Counted from the first letter of the stretch, positions 1-8,108 are shown. The stretch is DNA of 22,925 bases from Chthonomonadales bacterium (GCA_038217285.1 JBBQPO010000068.1:1-22925); one strand, 5' to 3'. Program-made: numbers and translations. The notes: generated from the letters alone by a model not told the origin.

Positions 1-185
1 GGATGGTTTGTCTGGGGGTTCGGGTAAAGCAGAAGGGTCGCCTTTCCGACATCCACCGCAGCAATCGTTGCGATTTGAGCCTGTTTCAGATCGGTTTGAT
101 CTGGCTGGAACACTGTCTGACCGAAGGCTTACACATTTGGGTGGGCTTCGGGTTACCCGTCATACGTTTACCGGAATATGTGTAG
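1..185 (+). CDS. C-terminal fragment of a probable IS4-family (DDE) transposase, truncated by the window start
   Basis: Frame is open from the window edge and ends HRSNRCDLSLFQIGLIWLEHCL...EYV*. This resembles the 'SxFxxGL' C-terminal motif I recall from IS4-type transposases. The catalytic residues are not in the window. Confidence 0.6.
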   Translation, partial: MVCLGVRVKQKGRLSDIHRSNRCDLSLFQIGLIWLEHCLTEGLHIWVGFGLPVIRLPEYV

Positions 186-193
186 GGTAGTGA
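179..193 (+). mobile_element. Putative right end (terminal inverted repeat) of the IS
   Basis: TGTGTAGGGTAGTGA overlaps the transposase stop and resembles IS4-type ends (TGTCnGGTAsTGA-like, recalled). The partner end is outside the window. Confidence 0.35.
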
Positions 194-332
194 AAAAAAG
201 TTGACAGTTTTGTCTCAGAGACCTTGACACATTCCGGTACTAGCCCGGATTTTGGCGAAGGTATTGCTCTATAGAGGCCTCCTAATTCGTTTTGTTGCGG
301 CTATTGTGAGCGGATAGTCGTGCAGCGCCCCT

Positions 333-1379
333 TCAGACAGCGCAGCGATGAAGGTAGGCGAGCAGCAGGCGCATGAGTTCGTGGGGGGCGTCGCGGTGCA
401 TGATCTCGTAGCCGTGGGAGTTCTCGACGGGCAGGCCGATGGTGACGGGGCGGGCGGTAAAGCCGTTGGCGGCGGCGCACGAGGCGTCGCTGCCGCCGCG
501 CGAGAGATACTGCCAGTGGGGATGCTGGTTCAGATCGTGGCAGCACTGCGCCAACAGGTCGGCGTCCGCCGACTCCATGGCTGCGTAGGCGTCGCGCACC
601 CAGATCGTCGGTTGGGAGTCGATGGGGAAATCGGCCTCGGGTGTCTTTGGGCCGATCTCCAGCGCCACGCAGATGTCGGCGGGGCGTTGGCGCAACAGAT
701 ACTGGGCTCCCTCCGCCCCCACCTCTTCCGAGGTCGTCGCCGCGAAGGTGACTGGACCGAGGCCCTCCGTGCCGTGCAGTGCCAGCGCTTCCAGCGCCAA
801 CAGCATGACCGCCAGGTCGGCGCGGTCGTCCAGAAAGTAGGAGCCGACAAACGCCCCGAACGTCGTCACCACGCGCCGCGATTCCGCCAGTACGACCCGC
901 AGACCCGGACGAACGCCCGCCTGCGCCAGCTTCGCAGCAGAGAGCCCGGTAAACAGATAGCTCTTCTCGAAAGAGAGGGGATTGTGGCGCGCGAACTCTA
1001 CGACACTGCTCTCGCTGTTCGTATGGATGCAGCCGAACGATAGGATGGCGGGAATCGGTTCGGGCCGTGCCAGAATGGTCATCGGCCCCTCGCCCCACTT
1101 CCACGGATAGGAGCCTCCGTAAGCTGCCACCCGAATCTTGCCGTCCGCTTCGATCTGCGTGATCATCAGGGCGATCTCGTCCAGATGCGCGGTGACGAGG
1201 ACCGTCGGCCCGGGCTTATCCGGATTGACCGTGACGAAGAGATTGCCCTTCGCGTCGGTTTCCGGCGTATATCCCAGGCCGCGCATGTGCTCCGCCACGA
1301 CTTTCCGGATCGCCCCTTCCTCACCGGGAGGTCCGAACGGGGCGATCAGTGTACGTATCAGTTCCTGACTGTCGAACAT
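333..1379 (-). CDS. M42 family metallo-aminopeptidase (FrvX/TET-like)
   Basis: 348 aa with the M42 metal-ligand motifs AHLDEI, LDDRA, SEEVG, ALEI and NSHG. SD-like GAAGGAAG lies upstream. Confidence 0.9.
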   Translation of the reverse strand: MFDSQELIRTLIAPFGPPGEEGAIRKVVAEHMRGLGYTPETDAKGNLFVTVNPDKPGPTVLVTAHLDEIALMITQIEADGKIRVAAYGGSYPWKWGEGPMTILARPEPIPAILSFGCIHTNSESSVVEFARHNPLSFEKSYLFTGLSAAKLAQAGVRPGLRVVLAESRRVVTTFGAFVGSYFLDDRADLAVMLLALEALALHGTEGLGPVTFAATTSEEVGAEGAQYLLRQRPADICVALEIGPKTPEADFPIDSQPTIWVRDAYAAMESADADLLAQCCHDLNQHPHWQYLSRGGSDASCAAANGFTARPVTIGLPVENSHGYEIMHRDAPHELMRLLLAYLHRCAV

Positions 1380-1396
1380 AGGCTTCCTTCGCTGCT

Positions 1397-3148
1397 CTAC
1401 GGGATGTCGATTTTGCCGGTGATCGTTACATTGGTGATGGTATCGGGAACGACCCCGACGATGGGCGTGCTGAACTGGTCGTTCAGGTTGGTCTTGGTGA
1501 TCGCTTTGGCGAAAGCCAGATTTTCCACGACAAAACCGAAGACGACGTAGCCGCCGGTGGGCTGGTTCTGCGCGTTAAAGGTCGGATCCAGGAAATGCTG
1601 GGGACCGTCGCAGATATAGAACTGCGAACTGGCGCTGTCGAAAGCGCTGCTGCGCGCCATCCCCAGTGCGCCGTCGTTGTGGGTCAGGCCCGTTTTCTCG
1701 AAGGGGATCGTGTAACCGGGGCCGCCCGAACCGATGCGGCCATCGGTCTGGGGCAGACAGCGGGTCTGCGGGTCGCCGGCCTGCGCCACGAAACCGCTGA
1801 TGACCCGGTGGAACGTAATGCCGGTGTAGAAAGGGGTGGAGGTGACAGCGTTGGCGTTGCAGGGATCCTGCCAGGGCTGCTGGCCGGTCGCCAGGTTCAC
1901 AAAGTTGCCCACGGTGTTGGGAGCGGCATCTTTGCGCAGTTCCGCGACGAACTGACGCACGACCATGGTGGTGTTGTTCTGTACGCTGAAGACCGCGAAA
2001 GAGTTGGTGTTCGTGACCGTCACCGGCAGGCCTGGCGAGTCCTTGCCGTTCACAGTGACGACGACGGTCTGGATGCCAGCCGCCAGATTGTAGGGTACGC
2101 GAAAATCGACCGCGCCGCCGATGCCCGTGTCTGTTGCTGCAGTGTCGGCATAAACGATACGAGCGGAAGGGCTGACGACGCTGCCGACACGCACGGAAAC
2201 CGTTGCTGTCGCGTCGTGCAGGCTGCGAACGCGCAAACGCACGTTGCCGTAGAGCGCCGCGAAGTCCCGCGTTTCGAGGCGCACCGGCACCGGGCGCGGA
2301 TAGTAGCTGCGAATGCCCGTCGCTTTATAATCTCCTGAGAACGGGCTGGTCATCAGATCACCGCCCGCGAAGGTCGTGCCGTTGAGCAGCCAGTAGACCA
2401 GTTGCCCGCTGGACTGATGTTGCAGGATCAGGTTGGGCCTGCCCGTGTTGGTGACGTCGCCCAGGCCAACGACGGAGTATCCGCTTCCCGGTATATAGGG
2501 CAGGCTCGTTCCGCCCGCAAAAGACGTGCCGTTCAGGAACCAGAAGACGATCTGATTGCTGGCCTGGTTTTGGAGCACAAGATCCGGCTTGCCGTCGCCG
2601 TTGAAATCGCCGACGCCTACCACCTTATAGTCCGCGCCGGGAATGGCCGTGAGGGCAGTGCCGCCCAGAAAAGAGGTGCCGTCCATAAACCAGAAGACGA
2701 TCTGGCCGGACGTCTGATTCTGAAAGATAAGGTCGGGTTTGCCGTCGCCGTTGACGTCGCCGACGCCGACGAGGTTATAGCCAGCCGCCGGGACCGCTCC
2801 CAGGATCGTACCGCCGGTCGTCGCTGCGCCGCTCAGGTAGGCGTACAGAATCTGATTGGTCGTTCGGTTCTGATAGATCAGGGCCGGCACGTTGTCGGCG
2901 GTCATCTTGCCGCTGTCGATCAGCCGCCAGTCGGGGGAGACGGGAGTAGGCAGCGAGCCGCCGCCCGTATAGTTTGCACCATTGAGGGTCCAGTAGACCA
3001 GGCTGGCGTTCGTCTGGCTTTGAAAGGCTATGTCGGCTTTACCGTCGAGGTTGAAATCCAGGTCGGCCCGGCTGCGTGTGCCGGCGCCGCACAACAGGAG
3101 CAGCGCGAACATCGCGCGGGCAAAGAGTGTCAGACGATCGTGTGCCAT
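1397..3148 (-). CDS. Exported FG-GAP/VCBS-repeat protein with an Ig/IPT-like linker and a C-terminal cyclophilin-type peptidyl-prolyl isomerase
   Basis: Start moved to the ATG at 3148 (GGAG upstream). Signal peptide MAHDRLTLFARAMFALLLLCGAGTRSRA. Five ~50-aa repeats (DFNLDGKADI, GKMTADNVPALI, GDVNGDGKPDLI, GDFNGDGKPDLV, GDVTNTGRPNLI). Cyclophilin motifs APNTVGNFVNLA, FHRVISGFVAQAGDP, GALGMAR, SQFYI and YVVFGFV. Confidence 0.88.
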   Translation of the reverse strand: MAHDRLTLFARAMFALLLLCGAGTRSRADLDFNLDGKADIAFQSQTNASLVYWTLNGANYTGGGSLPTPVSPDWRLIDSGKMTADNVPALIYQNRTTNQILYAYLSGAATTGGTILGAVPAAGYNLVGVGDVNGDGKPDLIFQNQTSGQIVFWFMDGTSFLGGTALTAIPGADYKVVGVGDFNGDGKPDLVLQNQASNQIVFWFLNGTSFAGGTSLPYIPGSGYSVVGLGDVTNTGRPNLILQHQSSGQLVYWLLNGTTFAGGDLMTSPFSGDYKATGIRSYYPRPVPVRLETRDFAALYGNVRLRVRSLHDATATVSVRVGSVVSPSARIVYADTAATDTGIGGAVDFRVPYNLAAGIQTVVVTVNGKDSPGLPVTVTNTNSFAVFSVQNNTTMVVRQFVAELRKDAAPNTVGNFVNLATGQQPWQDPCNANAVTSTPFYTGITFHRVISGFVAQAGDPQTRCLPQTDGRIGSGGPGYTIPFEKTGLTHNDGALGMARSSAFDSASSQFYICDGPQHFLDPTFNAQNQPTGGYVVFGFVVENLAFAKAITKTNLNDQFSTPIVGVVPDTITNVTITGKIDIP

Positions 3149-3264
3149 TGGGCGAAATTCTCCGTGGGAACAGATAAACCCACCGTGTAGGTCGATAAAT
3201 CGGGATGAGAACCCGGATAGGAAAAGTTCTCCGCATTCCACCGTAACTCCTGTCGTTTGGGGGA

Positions 3265-4590
3265 TCAGGAGGTGGATTCCAGAGTCAGGGGAGCGATTTT
3301 TTGCGGCTCCGGCATCAGCAGTGCGATAAATATCGCCGGAATATAGAGATAGCCGACCAGTACCAGAACGCTGCCGGGATCTTTGACGGGCGCGACGAAA
3401 ACGAAAAACACCGTGCCGAAAGCCGCGACGAGCCTCCCTACATTATAGCAGAAGCCTGCTCCTGTTGTGCGCAGTAGGGTTGGAAACAGCGGCGGCACAT
3501 AGAGCGGGAACAGGCCGAAGACACCTTGTACGAAGAAATGCGCTGCGCAGGCCCAGGGGATGATACGGATATGGTCGTGCGGAACGCTGTAGGCCATGTA
3601 GAGTGTGATCAACCCACCGAGGAACATGAGAGAGGTGGCGGCGCGATAGCCGAGGCGGCGCGCTATCATCGCCGCGAAGAAGTTGCCGCCGATGGCCACC
3701 ACCATCGCGAGCGCCGTGACGAGGCTGATATAGTGTTCACGATCCTCTTTCGTCATACTCAAGACATCCGGCAGTCGCCGCAGTTGCTGCGGACTCCAGT
3801 AGAGGAACGCCCAGACGGTCGTCAGAGCTGCAGAGCAGACCAGAATGGTCATGATGGTGGTGTGGAGGACCGGCCCACGAAACAGATCGGCGATCCTGGG
3901 CTGTTCGCGCTCGACCTTTTTGGCTCGATGCCATTCGTCGGGTTCCGGAATCGCGCGTCGTATCCAGAATGTCATTAGGGCCGGGACGGCCCCGACCAGG
4001 AAAACCCAGCGGGGATTCAGGCTCGCCATAAGGAAGGTGGTCAGCGCCGCCAGGAGGATACCGATCTGGTAAGCCGACTGCAGGGTGGCGCTCACCCAGG
4101 GGCGCCAGCGGCGCGGCCAGGTCTCTGCGATGAGCGACGAACCCGCCGCCCATTCGCCTCCGATCCCAAGCGCGGCCAGAAACCGGAACACGAGCAGAGT
4201 CTCCCAGTTCGTGGCGAAGGCGGACAGTCCCGTGAAGGCGGCGTATGTCAAAATGGTGAGGCTGATGGTGCGACTGCGCCCGAACCTGTCTCCAATGCGC
4301 CCGAAGACCGCACCGCCCAGCGCCCATCCTATCAGAAAAGCGGCTTGAATGTACGCCCCATGATGGCTGACATTCTCAAGATTCGCCTTGTTTTTGAGAT
4401 CGGTGATGCCGAGTAACTGCGCGACGAAGGGTGTCGCAACCAGGATATAGAGATAGCCGTCCAGTCCATCGAAGAGCCACCCAAGCCAGGCCGCGAGGCC
4501 GGACTTCCACTGCATCGGAGTCAGGTCGCGCACGTGTGCGGCCTCGCGCGGCTCTTCGCTGGAAGGATCGGACACCACGGATGATTCCAT
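3265..4590 (-). CDS. MFS transporter (sialate/aromatic-acid:H+ symporter-like)
   Basis: About 12 hydrophobic segments, motif A GRIGDRFGRSR, GIGGEW and ETWP. Start is the ATG at 4590 or an upstream ATG at 4710 preceded by GAGGAG. Confidence 0.9.
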   Translation of the reverse strand: MESSVVSDPSSEEPREAAHVRDLTPMQWKSGLAAWLGWLFDGLDGYLYILVATPFVAQLLGITDLKNKANLENVSHHGAYIQAAFLIGWALGGAVFGRIGDRFGRSRTISLTILTYAAFTGLSAFATNWETLLVFRFLAALGIGGEWAAGSSLIAETWPRRWRPWVSATLQSAYQIGILLAALTTFLMASLNPRWVFLVGAVPALMTFWIRRAIPEPDEWHRAKKVEREQPRIADLFRGPVLHTTIMTILVCSAALTTVWAFLYWSPQQLRRLPDVLSMTKEDREHYISLVTALAMVVAIGGNFFAAMIARRLGYRAATSLMFLGGLITLYMAYSVPHDHIRIIPWACAAHFFVQGVFGLFPLYVPPLFPTLLRTTGAGFCYNVGRLVAAFGTVFFVFVAPVKDPGSVLVLVGYLYIPAIFIALLMPEPQKIAPLTLESTS

Positions 4591-4731
4591 TTCACGTCGC
4601 CTCGATGCGGAGGGGAGAGGCCGAACCGAACCGGGGGTTCGAGGGCGGCCTCGGAACGTCCGCAAATTCTTCTCTTGAGGTTGGGCTGGGAGGCCAGTGG
4701 ACAGCCCCATCCACCTCCTCGCCCGTCTCCT

Positions 4732-4760
4732 ACTTTATCACAAATGGACCCCGGTGTCAA
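4732..4760 (-). promoter_or_regulatory. Sigma70-type promoter for the MFS gene
   Basis: Minus strand reads TTGACA (4760-4755), a 17-nt spacer, then TG-n-TAAAGT (-10 at 4737-4732). Confidence 0.65.
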
Positions 4761-4844
4761 TGCGATCACAGCGCACGTTAGCGGCCCGTTTCCGTTCGAA
4801 TTATCCCCTTGGCAACCGTGCGAGCAGGAGAGCCAAAATCCGGT

Positions 4845-4894
4845 AAAATCAAATTTTATTTTCGCTTGACATCAATGTAATTCTTTGGTACACT
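4845..4894 (+). promoter_or_regulatory. Sigma70-type promoter with an A/T-rich UP element for the RRM gene
   Basis: TTGACA 4866-4871, a 17-nt spacer, and TG-n-TACACT (-10 at 4889-4894), preceded by TAAAATCAAATTTTATTTT. Confidence 0.75.
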
Positions 4895-5125
4895 TCGCTA
4901 TCGGTTCCACGATGAGAAGGGTTGAGCGAATCCGTTTGAGCGCATTCGACCGCGGAAACTCTCTTGAGAATTGTCCAGGTTTACAGGTGTTCAGGCTCCG
5001 ACTTCCACTTCAACGCCGCGCGAATCGGGATAGCGAGGCCCTCCGTCCTCGCGGGTTCATGGTTGCCCGGCGTCGGCAGGCGACTGCGCGTTGGGGCGTT
5101 CGTCTCAGGAAAGGAGCCATGGCAC

Positions 5126-5572
5126 ATGGCAAAGCGTATCTACGTGGGCGGACTGCCCTACTCGGCTACCGAGGAAGACCTGGAAAACCTCTTTTCTTCC
5201 ATCGGCGCTGTCAAGGACGCCACCATCATCACTGATCGATATACCGGACAGGCCAAGGGCTTCGGGTTTATCGAGATGGACAACGATGAAGAGGCGGACG
5301 CAGCGATCAACGCGCTCAATGGAACCCAGATGGGTGGTCGAACTCTGACCGTGAACGAAGCCAAACCTCGTGAAGATCGTCCGCGCACCGGCGGCGGTGG
5401 CGGGGGCTATGGTGGTGGTGGCGGCGGTTATGGCGGTGGTGGTGGCGGTGGCCGTACCGGCGGCGGTGGTGGTGGTGGCGGCTATGGGGGCGGTGGCGGC
5501 GGTCGTTCCGGCGGCGGCGGCAATCGTGGCGGTGGCGGTGGCGGCGGTTTTGGCGGCGGCGACCGCTGGTAA
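5126..5572 (+). CDS. RRM-domain RNA-binding protein with a glycine-rich tail
   Basis: 148 aa from the ATG at 5126 (SD AAGGAG 5111-5116). RNP2 IYVGGL, RNP1 KGFGFIEM, then LTVNEAKPR and a Gly/Tyr/Arg-rich tail. Confidence 0.95.
   Translation: MAKRIYVGGLPYSATEEDLENLFSSIGAVKDATIITDRYTGQAKGFGFIEMDNDEEADAAINALNGTQMGGRTLTVNEAKPREDRPRTGGGGGGYGGGGGGYGGGGGGGRTGGGGGGGGYGGGGGGRSGGGGNRGGGGGGGFGGGDRW
5389..5560 (+). repeat. Low-complexity GGC/GGT codon repeat encoding the poly-Gly tail
   Basis: Runs of ggcggcggtggt in frame with the RRM gene. Confidence 0.9.
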
Positions 5573-5588
5573 CTCCGCAGTAAAATTG

Positions 5589-5623
5589 AAACGGGCGAGA
5601 TGCAGAACGCATCTCGCCCGTTT
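5589..5623 (+). terminator. Perfect 15-bp hairpin, probable terminator or stabilising stem after the RRM gene
   Basis: AAACGGGCGAGATGC-agaac-GCATCTCGCCCGTTT. The U-tail is short. Confidence 0.75.
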
Positions 5624-5661
5624 GCGGTACGCCGCTCCCCGTTAAAAGCCTCGGTATCGGG

Positions 5662-5667
5662 TATAAT
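5662..5667 (+). promoter_or_regulatory. -10 element implying leaderless prs mRNA
   Basis: TATAAT is followed by 6 nt (AAGACC) and the ATG at 5674. There is no SD sequence. Confidence 0.7.
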
Positions 5668-5673
5668 AAGACC

Positions 5674-6630
5674 ATGCCTCAGCACGAACTGAAAATTTTT
5701 GCCGGGCCAGGGAACCCCGTCCTGGCCCAATCTGTCGCCGATTGGCTCCATACCGACCTGGGAGCGATGCACTACACGCAGTTTCCGGATGGCGAGAACT
5801 ACGTTCGCTTCGACGAGAGTGTGCGCGGAGCCGATGTCTACATCGTTCAGCCTACCTGTCCGCCGGTCGATACCAATCTGGTCGTCCTCCTAGAAGCCAT
5901 TGACGCCCTCAGCCGCGCCTCCGCCTGGCGTATCACTCCGGTCATTCCTTACTACGGCTACGCCCGTCAGGAGAAGAAAGACCGCCCCCGCGAGCCCATC
6001 ACCGCCAAACTGATCGCAGACATCATTACGGCTGCCGGCGCCAACCGCGTCATGTGCCTCGATCTGCATGCCGATGCCATTCAGGGCTTTTTCAACATCC
6101 CCGTGGATCATCTGACCGCCGTCAACCTTTTCACCGAATACTTCGCGCAGAAGATGCAGAATGGGCTGGAGAACGTCGTGGTGGTCTCCCCGGACGAGGG
6201 GCGCGTGAAGAAGGTGCGGCGCGTCGTCCATGTGCTCAAGGCTCCCCTGGCCGTCGGGTACAAGCATCATCCCGCCCATAACGTCACCGAGGTCACCCAT
6301 CTGGCCGGAGATGTGCGCGGCAAGACTCCCGTCATCGTCGAAGATATGATTACGACCGGTGGCAGCATCATCCAGGCCGTCGATGCACTCCTCGAACACG
6401 GCGCGAAACCGGAGATCTATATCGCCGCGACACACGGCGTCTTCGCCGGTAACGCCGTCGAGCGCCTCTGCTCCCGCCCCGAGATCGCCGAGATCGTCGT
6501 AACCGATTCTGTGCCATTGCCGCCCGAAAAGCGCCACCCTAAAATCAAGGTACTGTCGGTCGCCTCGCTTTTCGGCGAAGCTATCCACCGCGCCAACAAT
6601 GACCTCAGCATCACCTCCCTCTTCGACTGA
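5674..6630 (+). CDS. prs: Ribose-phosphate pyrophosphokinase
   Basis: 318 aa with FPDGE, PYYGYARQEKK, DLHADAIQGFF, VVVSPDEG, EDMITTGGS and ATHGVF. Confidence 0.97.
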   Translation: MPQHELKIFAGPGNPVLAQSVADWLHTDLGAMHYTQFPDGENYVRFDESVRGADVYIVQPTCPPVDTNLVVLLEAIDALSRASAWRITPVIPYYGYARQEKKDRPREPITAKLIADIITAAGANRVMCLDLHADAIQGFFNIPVDHLTAVNLFTEYFAQKMQNGLENVVVVSPDEGRVKKVRRVVHVLKAPLAVGYKHHPAHNVTEVTHLAGDVRGKTPVIVEDMITTGGSIIQAVDALLEHGAKPEIYIAATHGVFAGNAVERLCSRPEIAEIVVTDSVPLPPEKRHPKIKVLSVASLFGEAIHRANNDLSITSLFD

Positions 6631-6666
6631 ACCTAACCTCCGGCCCCTTCCCAAGACGGGAAGGGG
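6631..6666 (+). repeat. REP-like hairpin repeat, left copy of an imperfect inverted pair
   Basis: Contains CCCCTTCCC-aagac-GGGAAGGGG (6644-6666). 6631-6663 matches the reverse complement of 8278-8310 at 26 of 33 positions (manual count). Confidence 0.7.
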
Positions 6667-6824
6667 TGCCCAAACAAGAAACGACCGAACAGCATCTTAC
6701 TCTGTTTCCAATCCGATTTACTCCCTTGCTCGACGATTCATTACACCTCTACCTGTCAAAGAAGACAATCGAAGCCCTGCGTCTCGATTTTGGCGAAGCG
6801 GAAGAGGAAGTATAGGGACAGGTA

Positions 6825-6833
6825 TGATACAAT
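6825..6833 (+). promoter_or_regulatory. Extended -10 promoter for the toxin-antitoxin pair
   Basis: TG-A-TACAAT lies upstream of SD AGGAGG (6852-6857). Confidence 0.5.
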
Positions 6834-6863
6834 AGGGGCAACAACACATTTAGGAGGCCAACT

Positions 6864-7139
6864 ATGCTAAACGTACAACCGAGTAGAACATTGCGAGGAA
6901 GCGTCGAGGAGGTTTTTAGCCAGAGAGATGAGATTCCCCCTGGCGCAGTTCTCGAACTGAGAATCTTTGACCCGCAACCGGAGGCCGATGAAGCCATAGG
7001 CGACTATGGAGGCAAGAGTGCCGCCGACATCTTACAAGAAATCGGCTTTGTACATGGTGGCCCGTCTGACCTTTCGACGAACCCCGAGTACATGGAGGGG
7101 TTTGGCGAAACTAAAAACCTCCGAACCCCGACGCCATGA
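6864..7139 (+). CDS. Putative antitoxin of a type II toxin-antitoxin pair
   Basis: 91 aa, acidic, strong SD, ATGA overlap with the PIN gene. C-terminal GPSDLSTNPEYMEGFG resembles motifs I recall from PIN-associated antitoxins. Confidence 0.7.
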   Translation: MLNVQPSRTLRGSVEEVFSQRDEIPPGAVLELRIFDPQPEADEAIGDYGGKSAADILQEIGFVHGGPSDLSTNPEYMEGFGETKNLRTPTP

Positions 7140-7543
7140 TACTTTCCGATACCAGTGTCATCGTGGCCGCTATCAATACGGCGGATGCAAACAACCGTCT
7201 TTGTTTTGAAACCCTAAAAACTGTCCGTACCCAGATCATTACGACATGGCCGTGTGTTACCGAGGCCATGTATCTGCTGGGTGCTAGGATCGGATGGGAA
7301 GGACAGGAAAAGCTGCGCCAACAGATCGAAATCGGCTATATCAAGCTATTGGAGCCGACGCAAGAAGATGCTTTACGGGTTTGCGCTCTAATGCACAAAT
7401 ATGCCGATTCCCCGATGGACTTTGCGGACGCATCGCTCGTCGTTGCCGCAGAAGTCTTGAACATTACCCGTATTCTGACTCTTGACAGCCATTTCTATGC
7501 CTACCGCATCAATGACAAGACCCACTTTGAGGTCATCCCATAG
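7136..7543 (+). CDS. vapC: PIN-domain ribonuclease toxin (VapC family)
   Basis: 135 aa with the PIN acidic motifs SDTSV, VTEA, MDFADASLV and ILTLDSHF. Confidence 0.9.
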   Translation: MILSDTSVIVAAINTADANNRLCFETLKTVRTQIITTWPCVTEAMYLLGARIGWEGQEKLRQQIEIGYIKLLEPTQEDALRVCALMHKYADSPMDFADASLVVAAEVLNITRILTLDSHFYAYRINDKTHFEVIP

Positions 7544-7619
7544 CGATTCCCTTCTTGGTCGCATTTTGTGAGTGCGACCCGGAACGTTTTGAATACGTGT
7601 GATGTCCTGTGTTCAATGT

Positions 7620-8108
7620 TTATCGCATCGCCACCAGTTCTGTAAGAGATGCGCGAACGCCTTCGTCGTTCGACAGATCTGCGTTCAACCGCATGCGCTC
7701 TTGAGAAAACGCGGTCCACGGAGTTTCTGCAACGAGTTTTTCGGTGGCCTCCTGAGTAAGCCCTTGCGCACCGTTCGTATTCGGCACACGCAGCAACATC
7801 GCTTCGCGCATCTCAGGATACGAATAGACGTCGATACGTCCGGCGGAGCCGAGGGCATTTTGATGGCGTGGTTCAAAGGTTGTCTGCTGCGAGATGTTCT
7901 CTTTGCCAAAAGGACGTCCCAGAATCAATACAGGTGCCTTGTAAGCTATTCTCGCGCCAATACCGAACAGATCTTCGGTGATGTCTGTGCTCTCGTAGAA
8001 GCCATGCCACCCGTCGCCTTCTGCTATATCCTTAACGTGATCGAAGAATTCCCGCAATTGGGTACGCCATGTATCCACAATGTCTTGTGAACCAGCGACC
8101 TCTTCCAT
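7620..8108 (-). CDS. Hypothetical protein
   Basis: Open frame 7620-8201. The first ATG is at 8108 (162 aa). Globular-looking composition, no recognised catalytic motif, start uncertain. Confidence 0.65.
   Translation of the reverse strand: MEEVAGSQDIVDTWRTQLREFFDHVKDIAEGDGWHGFYESTDITEDLFGIGARIAYKAPVLILGRPFGKENISQQTTFEPRHQNALGSAGRIDVYSYPEMREAMLLRVPNTNGAQGLTQEATEKLVAETPWTAFSQERMRLNADLSNDEGVRASLTELVAMR

Noticed and set aside
201..229. Two TTGACA hexamers (201-206, 224-229)
   Set aside because: No -10 at 16-18 nt spacing and no + strand gene downstream.
2440..2780. 150-bp periodic DNA repeats as a CRISPR array
   Set aside because: They are in-frame coding FG-GAP repeats with degenerate units, not identical repeats with unique spacers.
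6767..6789. AATCGA-N11-TCGATT as a TA operator
   Set aside because: Only 6-bp arms, compatible with chance.
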